32,000 nt of DNA from Candidatus Midichloria mitochondrii IricVA (lineage in GTDB: Bacteria; Pseudomonadota; Alphaproteobacteria; Rickettsiales; Midichloriaceae). The DNA lies in contig NC_015722.1 in assembly GCF_000219355.1 (NCBI RefSeq), positions 510,001-542,000 on the forward strand, read 5' to 3'. Of this stretch, positions 9,381 through 17,597 are shown one piece after another (positions within the stretch are counted from its first letter, which is position 1; each line of letters begins with the position of its first letter). The position numbers and the translations under genes were made by a program. Under the pieces are notes generated by a model, which had not been told where the DNA came from, ran no database searches, and worked only from the letters and a program-made list of their open reading frames with translations.

Positions 9381-9393
9381 GGTTCTAGAATTT

Positions 9394-9798
9394 TCAGCAA
9401 TAACATTTTAACTCAATGTAGCTATCCGGCCATTTTTCATCACTTAGCAGCCTTAAAGTCACATCATAAAGTCCATGATAAATTTCCATCTTCCTCTTAA
9501 CTTTAGAACGCTGCAAAGTTGCACTATTGATTATAACACGGAGCACCCCTTTACTACCGCTTATCCTGACGTTATGCTCAATCCAATCTAATAATAAATC
9601 TCTTGGACAAATGTTACTGGTAGGCTCGCAATATGTGTTAACGGCAGTTATACCTTCAATTTTTATTTTCTCGACATTAAACCTAAGTATTTTGCTAGAT
9701 ACCGAATTTAAAGAAGGAGCACAAGGGCTTCTTGTTGTGCACGGTGCGAGCCCTAATAGAAAAAAAACAAGGAGAAAATTTCTTATGATAACTTGCAT
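9394..9798 (-). CDS. Hypothetical exported protein or lipoprotein, Cys-rich
   Basis: Signal-like N-terminus with FLLGLAPC (an imperfect lipobox). It starts 2 nt after the upstream symporter stop. No recognisable family. Confidence 0.5.
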   Translation of the reverse strand: MQVIIRNFLLVFFLLGLAPCTTRSPCAPSLNSVSSKILRFNVEKIKIEGITAVNTYCEPTSNICPRDLLLDWIEHNVRISGSKGVLRVIINSATLQRSKVKRKMEIYHGLYDVTLRLLSDEKWPDSYIELKCYC

Positions 9799-9800
9799 AC

Positions 9801-11018
9801 TTAGCTATAATAGATTTTTTTATTTAAGCTACCATCCATTTTATCGACGATTACGGTAACTGTGCAATCGCCTGTTATATTTATTGTAGTTCTTAACATA
9901 TCAAGCAGCCTATCTATACCAACTAACAAGGACATTCCTTCCAAGGGTAGTCCAACAGATGATAAAACCATGCTCATCATTATCATACCGCCCCCTGGAA
10001 ATCCAGCTGCACCAATTGAGCCTATAGTTGAAGTCATCATGATTATGAAGTATTGAGCCATCGTCAGTTCAACCCCTATTACTTGAGCAAAAAATACCGC
10101 ACATATACCAAGATATATAGCAGTTGCATCCATATTCATGGAAGCACCTAAAGGCAAAATGAAAGAAGAGGATTGTTTAGAAACCCCCATTTTTTCTCTT
10201 AAATCGAGCATTGCAGTAGATATAGTTGCCTTACTGCTCGCTGTCGCAAAAGCTAATGTCTGTACGTTTATAATCTTTTTATAAAAAGGGAGGGGGTTTA
10301 ACCCTGATATCATAAGCATAACCCCAAACAATAAGTATTGCAGAGCAAGTGCACCACAAACTACTGCTGCAAACTTGCCTAGGATTAACATAACATTTAA
10401 GCCATATTCCCCAATAACCCAGGACATTAAAGCAAAAACTCCATAGGGGGTTAATTTAATTACTAGTTCAACCATTTTAAAAACTAAATGGGCTGCTGAA
10501 ACTATGAAATCTCTAACAATTCTGCCCTTATCACCAATGAGTATTAAGGAAAATCCCGTAAAAAAAGCGAAAACCACTACCTGCAAGGTGTTAGCAGAAG
10601 CCATAGCTTGAATAGGGTTAGTTGGAATGATATTCATCAAAATATCAAATATAGTATGACTAGCATTATGATGTTCAGGGTCAACATTTAACTCTATATT
10701 TAAACCAACCCCTGGCTTAAACACATTTGCAAAAATAATTCCTATTAGCACAGCAAAAGTTGTAGTACATGTATATATCAACGCTGCCCTTGTCCCAAGT
10801 CGAGCAAAAGAAGAGGCATCATTCAGACTTGTTACTCCATAAAGAACGGCAAAAAATATTAATGGAATCACTATCATCTTTATTAAATTAATAAACAGTG
10901 TTCCTATAGGCTTTAGAATAACAGCCTGCTCCCTAAAGACTGCGCCAACAATTATACCTAAAAACATTGCTATAAGCACCTTGTGCCACAGCTTGATTTC
11001 TCTCTTTTTCTTTGTCAT
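9801..11018 (-). CDS. Dicarboxylate/amino acid:cation symporter (DAACS, GltP/DctA-like)
   Basis: 405 aa polytopic protein with DAACS motifs (ATASSKATIS, PLGASMNMDATAIY, DRLLDMLRTTINITGD). Confidence 0.9.
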   Translation of the reverse strand: MTKKKREIKLWHKVLIAMFLGIIVGAVFREQAVILKPIGTLFINLIKMIVIPLIFFAVLYGVTSLNDASSFARLGTRAALIYTCTTTFAVLIGIIFANVFKPGVGLNIELNVDPEHHNASHTIFDILMNIIPTNPIQAMASANTLQVVVFAFFTGFSLILIGDKGRIVRDFIVSAAHLVFKMVELVIKLTPYGVFALMSWVIGEYGLNVMLILGKFAAVVCGALALQYLLFGVMLMISGLNPLPFYKKIINVQTLAFATASSKATISTAMLDLREKMGVSKQSSSFILPLGASMNMDATAIYLGICAVFFAQVIGVELTMAQYFIIMMTSTIGSIGAAGFPGGGMIMMSMVLSSVGLPLEGMSLLVGIDRLLDMLRTTINITGDCTVTVIVDKMDGSLNKKIYYS

Positions 11019-11355
11019 AAAAAAAGCAATTCCTCTTAACTGATTCTTTATTTAATACAAAACGATTTGGCTATTTATACATCTTTAATCGTATAATATG
11101 AAGCAGTAATTCATAGTATAAATAAAATAATAACATGATGAGCAACAAAATATTAACTTATTGATACATAATTTTTTCTAAAGATTAACAAAAAAATCCA
11201 GAATTATAACAAAAATCATGATCGTAACAATGAAGAGATTTGCGATAAAGCAACGATCATCTATCCAGCTCCTGAATTCTATATTGATGGCAACCTTGGG
11301 CTGATGGCCAATGTAGAAAACGTATTTGATTATTTGAGCTGCTAAGCTTCTTCCA

Positions 11356-11999
11356 GCAATGCCTGGTAATTATAGACAGCAATGAGAGGGTGTTGATATC
11401 TTCTAGTAGAATAGGTGGAGTAGAAATGGACAATCAAGTGTAAATATTGCGGCTCTAGCGAGCAGGTGAAGAATGGTGTGGTATAGGGACAGCAAGAGGT
11501 AATATAGGTGCAAGAATTGCAAAAAGAATTACCGAGAAGGTAATAAGCGACAGAAATACACTATGAATGATAGACTTAAAACCTAATCTTGAGGACTGCG
11601 GGATTAGGACGATAGAGAGACTGACTGGAATCCATAACAGCCAAATATCTTCATGGATCGAAGGACGGGGGGCGCTATGTGCAAGAAAAGTTAGATAAGA
11701 GCTGCAACAGCACAAAGTCACTTAAGGATATCGAGGTCCTAGAGATTGGCGAGCTGTGCACATATATAAAAAAAGACCAAAGAATGGAAGTGGGGTACAC
11801 CTTTATATTGATTGCAGTTGATAGAGGAGCGGGTGAAATTATTGATTTTGAAGTAGGTGACCGGGGAGTAAGGCAACCCACCTGAACCTGTCATTTAGGC
11901 TTTGAGGAACGTTATAAATGAGCATGTACAGATGATTACAGCGTTTATGAATACTATAAAATCTCCACGCACCATCACAGAACAAAAGCTGAGACATCA
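11356..11999 (+). mobile_element. IS1-family element copy A, 5' part (degenerate transposase)
   Basis: The left end caatgcctggtaattatagac is shared with 20369. It encodes the InsA-like zinc finger KCKYCGSSEQVKNG, an HTH (RTIERLTGIHNSQISSWI) and an InsB-like core (ELCTYIKKDQRMEVG, ILIAVDRGAGEIIDFEVGDRG), all broken by stops and frameshifts. Confidence 0.8.
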
Positions 12000-12202
12000 G
12001 TGAAATATCAAACAAAAAGGGCGACCAAAAAGTATAAACTTTTCAACGCCTTTTTGAAACAATTTCCAAGCTTATAAAACTTGATAAGGAACCGGTCTTC
12101 CAGCCGCATCACGCACTAAATCACCGTTATCAAATTTAGCTGCTACATAATTGCCATGCCCAATTTTTCCGCCCTTATACATTACAGGTTTCACTTCTTT
12201 TG
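12000..12202 (-). pseudogene. Non-IS insert carrying the 3' end (43 codons plus stop) of an unidentified gene
   Basis: Track ORF 12072-12266: its first 21 codons are antisense IS1 sequence. The remainder, AKEVKPVMYKGGKIGHGNYVAAKFDNGDLVRDAAGRPVPYQVL*, is unrelated to the IS. The insert is flanked by a duplicated 30-bp IS1 segment. Confidence 0.35.
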
Positions 12203-12399
12203 CACCATCACAAAACAAAGGCTGGGACATCATTGTGGTAGAATCAAAGAATTCTTTAAGAGGCATTATCTAGCTAGTTTTAATCGAAGAACGAAGCGCT
12301 ATAGCAAATTCCTGAGGATGCTTTGCACTATTCTTAACCTCTTCTTCCATAGGCATCTGCTGGATTTGAAACTCCTATCTATAAATATTAGGCAATGCC
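12203..12399 (+). mobile_element. IS1-family element copy A, 3' part with the right terminus
   Basis: Colinear with 20980-21176 (ITKQRLGHHCGRIKEFFKRHYLASFNRRTKRYSK). It ends with ctatctataaatattaggcaatgcc. Confidence 0.8.
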
Positions 12400-12462
12400 G
12401 AAAAATTTGATATAACTTTGTTGCAATCATGAGAAAAGTATGGTTGAATGGCCCGGAAAATT

Positions 12463-12548
12463 GGAGGGGTGGCCGAGTGGACAAAGGCAGCAGACTGTAA
12501 ATCTGCCCGCGTATGCGTTCGTAGGTTCGAATCCTACCTCCTCCACCA
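12463..12548 (+). tRNA. tRNA-Tyr (anticodon GTA), long variable arm, CCA encoded
   Basis: GGAGGGGTGGCCGAGTGG...CAGACTGTAAATCTG...GGTTCGAATCCTACCTCCTCCACCA; the acceptor strands are complementary. Confidence 0.9.
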
Positions 12549-12634
12549 CCTTTTAATTAAGTTATTAAGGTTATAAGAATTTGACATTATGCAGGGATCG
12601 TTGTAAGCATAATGGAAGTTTTTAAGAATATTAC

Positions 12635-12709
12635 GCGGGCGTAGCTCAATGGTAGAGTCCCAGCCTTCCAAGCTGGTAGTTGTGGGTTCGATTCCCATCG
12701 CCCGCTCCA
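12635..12709 (+). tRNA. tRNA-Gly (anticodon TCC), CCA encoded
   Basis: GCGGGCGTAGCTCAATGGTAGAGTCCCAGCCTTCCAAGCTGGTAGTTGTGGGTTCGATTCCCATCGCCCGCTCCA. Confidence 0.9.
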
Positions 12710-12731
12710 TTACGTAAATAAAAAGGAGCAT

Positions 12732-13910
12732 ATGGCAAAGGAGAAATTTGTAAGAAATAAACCGCACGTGAATATAGGAACTATAGGTCACGTGGATCAT
12801 GGTAAGACAAGCTTGACAGCAGCACTAACCAAGATGTTTGGAAGGTATGTTAAGTATGATGAGATAGATAAGGCGCCAGAAGAGAAGGCAAGAGGAATCA
12901 CCATTAACTCAGCTCACGTTGAGTACGAAACAGAAAACAGACACTATGCGCACGTTGATTGTCCTGGACACGCGGATTATGTAAAAAACATGATTACAGG
13001 AGCTGCCCAAATGGATGGAGCTATACTCGTAGTCAGTGCAGCTGATGGTCCTATGCCACAGACTAGGGAGCATATCTTACTTGCTCGCCAGGTTGGTGTA
13101 CCTGCTCTGGTAGTATTCCTGAATAAGGTGGACATGGTGGATGATCCGGAACTATTAGAATTAGTTGAAATGGAAGTGAGGGATCTATTAAATCAATATG
13201 GGTTTCCAGGAGATCAAATTCCAGTTATTAAGGGATCAGCGCTGATGGCGTTGGAAGGAAAGAATCCAGCTCTTGGAGAAGAAGCGATTAAGGAATTAAT
13301 GAAGCAAGTTGATGAGTATATTCCACTACCTACTCGTAGTGTAGATAAACCATTCTTAATGCCAGTAGAAGACGTGTTCTCAATATCAGGAAGAGGAACT
13401 GTTGCAACTGGTCGTGTAGAACAAGGAGTTGTTAAGGTGGGTGAAGAGATTGAGATAGTGGGACTAAAGGCGCAGAGTAGCAAGACTACATGTACTGGAG
13501 TAGAAATGTTTAGAAGGTTACTTGATCAAGGAGAAGCTGGAGATAACGTAGGATTATTGTTAAGGGGGATAGAGAGAGATCAAATAGAAAGGGGTCAAGT
13601 ATTGGCTAAACCTGGAACAATTAAGCCTCATAAGAAATTCAGAGCAGAAGTATATATCTTAAAGAAGGAAGAAGGAGGAAGACATACACCGTTTGTGAGC
13701 AATTATAGGCCACAGTTTTACTTCAGAACTACCGATGTTACTGGAACTATCAACTTAAAGGCAGGGGTAGAGATGGTAATGCCAGGAGATAATACTGAAA
13801 TCATGGTTGAATTAATTTCACCTATTGCGATGGATAAAGGATTAAAATTTGCGATTCGTGAAGGCGGCAGAACAGTTGGTGCAGGCGTTGTTGCAGAAAT
13901 TATTGAATAA
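12732..13910 (+). CDS. tuf: Translation elongation factor Tu
   Basis: Unambiguous EF-Tu ([32 protein letters not shown]). There is a strong SD (aaaggag) 5 nt upstream. Confidence 0.98.
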   Translation: MAKEKFVRNKPHVNIGTIGHVDHGKTSLTAALTKMFGRYVKYDEIDKAPEEKARGITINSAHVEYETENRHYAHVDCPGHADYVKNMITGAAQMDGAILVVSAADGPMPQTREHILLARQVGVPALVVFLNKVDMVDDPELLELVEMEVRDLLNQYGFPGDQIPVIKGSALMALEGKNPALGEEAIKELMKQVDEYIPLPTRSVDKPFLMPVEDVFSISGRGTVATGRVEQGVVKVGEEIEIVGLKAQSSKTTCTGVEMFRRLLDQGEAGDNVGLLLRGIERDQIERGQVLAKPGTIKPHKKFRAEVYILKKEEGGRHTPFVSNYRPQFYFRTTDVTGTINLKAGVEMVMPGDNTEIMVELISPIAMDKGLKFAIREGGRTVGAGVVAEIIE

Positions 13911-13933
13911 TAAGTTATGGGGATTTAAATTTT

Positions 13934-14009
13934 AGGAGTGTAGCTCAACTGGTAGAGCACCGGTCTCCAAAACCGGGGGTTGGGGGTTCGATCCCTCTCG
14001 CTCCTGCCA
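13934..14009 (+). tRNA. tRNA-Trp (anticodon CCA), CCA encoded
   Basis: AGGAGTGTAGCTCAACTGGTAGAGCACCGGTCTCCAAAACCGGGGGTTGGGGGTTCGATCCCTCTCGCTCCTGCCA. Confidence 0.9.
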
Positions 14010-14299
14010 TACTATAAGCGCCCGAAACTTTTTATCTATACTTGCTCATAATATCCATATTTTATAATAAAACAAGCTAATAAGGGCGGTTGAAAATATC
14101 GTCCTATGGCTCTGCATCACATTTTTGCGGCGAAATATATGTTTAGCTAAATTTTATTTGTTTAGGAGAGGCATGTATAAACATAATAGAAGGATTATAT
14201 TGATTTATAAAGGTTGTGCGTGTTTTTTGTTTTTTCTTAAATGGTTGGCTTTAGCCTTCCTGGACAAAAGGGCAGCCATTTTTTTCAACCTGCCTCCAA

Positions 14300-14640
14300 A
14301 AAAGCGTGCTTGAAAAAAACTTTATGAGCAAAAGTATGCACATAGATTAAGTAGTTTGCGGATACTTTTGTTCTCAGGTCCTTTATTTGGGCGTTTTCTA
14401 AGAACATGTCTTGAAAGCTTTGGGAAGATATCTAGGATAGCTGAAAGTTTTTTAAATTATAGATGTATGATATCAAAAATATAATAGAGCAATTCGCTAT
14501 ATAATGAAAACAAATTACGATGCTGGTAAAAAAGTGAAGGGCAGAAAACATTATATAAAATCACAGATACTCTTGGCTTAGTACTACCATGTGAAGTGCA
14601 TAGCGCCAGTATGCAAGATCGTGTTGCTGCCTTCTGATAT
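14300..14640 (+). mobile_element. IS5-family transposase remnant (heavily deleted)
   Basis: The best segment is 14513-14640: NYDAGKKVKGRKHYI then, after a frameshift, ITDTLGLVLPCEVHSASMQDRVAA. This matches the IS5 motif GYDAGKK.KGRKRH..VDT.GL...V.VH.A..QDR.GA. Upstream, FVLRSFIWAFSKN resembles the N-terminal YVLRTG..WR.LP block; that part is weaker. Confidence 0.5.
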
Positions 14641-14689
14641 AGGCGTTTGCTGGATTTGAAACTCCTATCTATAAATATTAGGCAATGCC
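14641..14689 (+). mobile_element. Solo IS1-family right-terminal fragment
   Basis: gctggatttgaaactcctatctataaatattaggcaatgcc is identical to the last ~40 nt of copy A (12359-12399). Confidence 0.75.
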
Positions 14690-15340
14690 ATATTACTTAC
14701 CCGATAACAAACCTACATGAGACACTATTGTATTAACCTTACAGGGATGTCATAGCAATTCTCTACACCACAAAAGTATTTTATATAGGTAAAGGCAGTC
14801 AAAACAGATCAAAACCCGCAATAGTTAAACATTTATACTGCATTATAACTCTCCAAAATGTGAAAATATGTTGAGAGCGCCTCCCTCCATAAGGATCCTC
14901 CAGGCTGTGCTGAATTGAAGTACTTTATGTTTTCAACTCTAGCTGTTCCAATCGCTGTAATACTTATTGATAGTTTATCGGAAGATTTAGTTGTATCACC
15001 CCCAATCAGCACTATCGAATTATTTTTACAGATAGCGGTAAAAGCCTGCAAAAATTCACTTATATATTTTTCATATGAGAGCGGTATCGCAATATCCATA
15101 AGTACAAACAGAGGAGTAGCTCCCATCGCAGCAATATCGCTTAAGTTAACATGGAGGGATTTGTGAGCAAGACCACTTGGCTTAAAGTAAGAGGTACGAA
15201 AATGCACATCTTCTACTAATATATCCTAGTAACAATATACTTTTGCTCGCCTTGGTAAGGTATAACCGCTGCGTCATCTCCAATATATTGTGGGGAAACT
15301 CTGATTTTAAGAAATTAACCAATTTTTCTTCACTTAACAT
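14690..15340 (-). pseudogene. thiL: Thiamine-monophosphate kinase, frameshifted and 3'-truncated
   Basis: The ATG at 15340 gives MLSEEKLVNFLKSEFPH. After frameshifts the reading continues NIGDDAAVIP, EDVHFRTSY, LHVNLSDIAAMGATP, VLIGGDTT, ISITAIG and AQPG. The expected last third is missing, cut off at the IS1 fragment. Confidence 0.8.
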
Positions 15341-16121
15341 AAAATTGCTTCATATAATCAAAGTTTGCAGCATATAACTCATCAATAAAAGCCACCATAA
15401 AAGATGCGGGACTGTTCGCTCTCTTCTACGCTAAATTACCACGCAAACCAAAATAACTTGTAGCAAAAAGTGAGCCGCTTCAAACGAATTAGGGATACCG
15501 CTCTAAAAGTAGCTATAACAGCTGTTAAATACACACCTCATACCAGTAACTAACGGCATAAGAGGAGAGCCAAATGGTGTAGAATTTTTTTCTTTATCAG
15601 CATCAGTAATAAAATCTTTCTCACCACTTACAACCACCGTAATATTATGTTCCTTGGCCAAGGCTTGAGCTTTGTCTTTTGTTTCTTCAATTGTATTAAG
15701 AGTCTCAACTCCGAAAGTTTTATTTTGTGTGTTGTGAAGCGCAATAATTTCACTAGCATTGCCCCTTACAATATCAGCATATTGTAGAAGATCACCCAGC
15801 AACCCTTATTCTAATGTGAGCTGCACCAGCTCCTACCGGATCTGGAATAACAGGTTTTTTGCATTTTTTAGCAATTTCTGCTGCACTTTCACATCTTTTA
15901 ATAAAATCTAAATCTAACGTTCCAATATTTAGATTAACTGCTGAAGAAATTTTAATTAACTCTTCCAATTCTTCCTAGCAAATATACATAATTGGGGCAG
16001 CCCCAATTGCAAGCAGAGCATTAGCCATAAACCTCACAGTGACATAAATTAGTCAATTTAATAGCAAAGGCTTAGACTGTCTTATGTTATTCACTGCTAT
16101 TTCTTCTATACCTCTTAGCAC
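15330..16121 (-). pseudogene. thiM: Hydroxyethylthiazole kinase, full length but riddled with stops and frameshifts
   Basis: Pieces across frames: NNIRQSKPLLLN*LIYVTV, MANALLAIGAAPIM, AVNLNIGTL, PVIPDPVGAGA, VRGNASEIIAL, VVVSGEKDFITD, SPLMPLVTGM.C, GPASFMVAFIDELY. The span is about 264 codons, as expected for ThiM. The stop overlaps the thiL start. Confidence 0.8.
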
Positions 16122-16170
16122 GAATTGACCTCTCTTAGATACAATTTAAAGCAGATTTTTAGCAGCTTGT

Positions 16171-16679
16171 TCAGGATTTTAGCGTATCATGAAAGACGCT
16201 AATAGCGGCAATTCCTGCAGCACCCGCAAGTTATGACTTCTTATACGTTTAACTAATTGATCCCACCAACCGCAATGACTGGACGTTTCGAAAATTGTGC
16301 TACTCCTTTTAACCCTGCAAGACCCCAAATCGTCTCCACATTGCTTTTACTTTTAGTCTGGCACATAAGCACCAGCTCCAACATAATCTATTGGTAACTC
16401 TCTTCATCGGTTTGTCCTAAATGTAGGCCTTCTACATCTAATTCTAAAGCAAGTTCTAGGCCACCATTTATAATAAAGCAGTATTTGAAAAGGCTTCAGC
16501 ACAACTTTCAGCTGTCTACCAAATTCTATTAATTCTTTATAGCTTTTTTTGCCTTTTTCGTGGAGCTGTACAGAAGTGATTCCAGCCTCAGCGCAAGCCT
16601 CAATAAATCTAAGATAATTATTTAAAGGCTGATCATTTTTATAGGTAATCAGCATTAATTGATGAAATGAACCTACCAA
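16171..16679 (-). pseudogene. thiE: Thiamine-phosphate synthase, frameshifted
   Basis: The TTG start has a GAGG SD. The translation includes LMLITYKN, GITSVQLHEKGK, then frameshifts, then KRPVIAVGGIN and AGAAGIAAISVF in other frames. Confidence 0.8.
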
Positions 16680-16769
16680 CGTTACCTCAAATTTTTAAAA
16701 AGAGGAAGTAAATTCAAAAAACCAACAAGGCCTATAAGCAGAAGTATAAGCACAAAAATCTTATTGTTT

Positions 16770-16850
16770 CACACTCCCCTCGCTAGATTTAACTAGACCA
16801 GGTCCTAAGGTTTTTTTCAGCCAACCTTCAACCAGCACCCCTAGCGATAC
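16770..16850 (-). promoter_or_regulatory. TPP (THI-box) riboswitch aptamer upstream of thiE
   Basis: Minus-strand RNA: GCUAGGGGUGCUGGUUGAAGGUUGGCUGAAAAAAACCUUAGGACCUGGUCUAGUUAAAUCUAGCGAGGGGAGU. It contains GGGGUGC, a CUGA(G>A)A junction, ACCU, ACCUGGUCUAG-UUAAAU-CUAGCG (E. coli thiM has ACCUGAUCUGGAUAAUGCCAGCG) and GGGGA, in canonical order. It lies about 90 nt 5' of the thiE start. Confidence 0.7.
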
Positions 16851-16862
16851 TTACCTTCTGAG

Positions 16863-16891
16863 CTTCTATCTTAAAAATACAAAACTGTCAA
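16863..16891 (-). promoter_or_regulatory. Candidate sigma70 promoter for the riboswitch-thiEML transcript
   Basis: On the minus strand: TTGACA (16891-16886), a 17-nt spacer, then TAGAAG (16868-16863), just upstream of the aptamer. Confidence 0.3.
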
Positions 16892-16908
16892 TTATTAAAA
16901 AATAAAGG

Positions 16909-16937
16909 TTGAATTTCAGAAGGTTTTATATTATTAA
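16909..16937 (+). promoter_or_regulatory. Candidate sigma70 promoter for rpmI-rplT
   Basis: TTGAAT, a 17-nt spacer, then TATTAA, about 70 nt upstream of the rpmI ATG. It is divergent from the thi promoter. Confidence 0.3.
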
Positions 16938-17008
16938 TTTCCCAGTCGTTTAACCGCATAGGGTTGGGGCATGCCTTAAACGGTATTTATTTTTTTATAG
17001 GAGTAAAA

Positions 17009-17209
17009 ATGTCTAAGTTAAAAACAAAAAGCGGGGTGAAGAAAAGGTTTTCTTTAACCGCAACTGGTTTAGTTAGATCTACTCAAGCCAACAAACGGCA
17101 TAACATGCGTAAGCGCAGTAAAAGACAGTTAAGGGTTCAAAGAGGAACGGTGATCCTTAACGACGTCGAATGCAGAAGGTTAATCAGATTCATGCCATAC
17201 GGCAGTTAA
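17009..17209 (+). CDS. rpmI: 50S ribosomal protein L35
   Basis: [42 protein letters not shown] is typical L35. There is an AGGAG SD upstream of the 17009 ATG. The track start at 16964 is an artefactual extension. Confidence 0.9.
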   Translation: MSKLKTKSGVKKRFSLTATGLVRSTQANKRHNMRKRSKRQLRVQRGTVILNDVECRRLIRFMPYGS

Positions 17210-17234
17210 TCATTTATAAATAAGGGGTTAAAAT

Positions 17235-17597
17235 ATGGCTAGAGTAAAGCGTGGTGTGACTGCAAGGGCCCGTCACAAAAAGATTTTAGATATGGCAAAA
17301 GGCTATAGGGGCCGCTCTAAAAACTGTTTTAGAGTTGCAATTGAGAAAGTAGAAAAAGGTTTACAATATGCTTATAGGGATCGCAAAAACAAAAAGCGCG
17401 ACTTTAGAGGCATTTGGATTCAAAGAATAAACGCAGCTGCCAGATTACATGGTATGGTTTATTCCCAATTTATTAGAGGACTTAATCTTGCAAATGTCGG
17501 CTTAAATAGAAAGATGCTTGCCGAGATTGCTATACATCAACCAGAAACATTTGCATCTCTAGTTGAACAAGCTAAAAACATTAACAGCTTAAAATAA
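17235..17597 (+). CDS. rplT: 50S ribosomal protein L20
   Basis: [27 protein letters not shown]...[25 protein letters not shown] is canonical L20. Confidence 0.95.
   Translation: MARVKRGVTARARHKKILDMAKGYRGRSKNCFRVAIEKVEKGLQYAYRDRKNKKRDFRGIWIQRINAAARLHGMVYSQFIRGLNLANVGLNRKMLAEIAIHQPETFASLVEQAKNINSLK

Noticed and set aside
11200-11345. An open frame without a start codon, ending …NEEICDKATIIYPAPEFYIDGNLGLMANVENVFDYLSC*, just before IS1 copy A
   Set aside because: It looks like the 3' stub of a lost gene, but I cannot recognise the family and there is no start or upstream continuation. The support is too weak to call.
12534-12800. Track ORF of 88 aa on the minus strand
   Set aside because: It lies antisense across tRNA-Tyr, tRNA-Gly and the tuf start. 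It is explained entirely by those features.
14125-14313. Track ORF of 62 aa downstream of tRNA-Trp
   Set aside because: It is hydrophobic and low-complexity, has no SD, and overlaps the probable N-terminal debris of the IS5 remnant. It does not resemble SecE.
16964-17008. A 15-codon extension of rpmI from an alternative start
   Set aside because: L35 homology starts at MSKLKTK, which has an AGGAG SD in front. The extension covers that SD.
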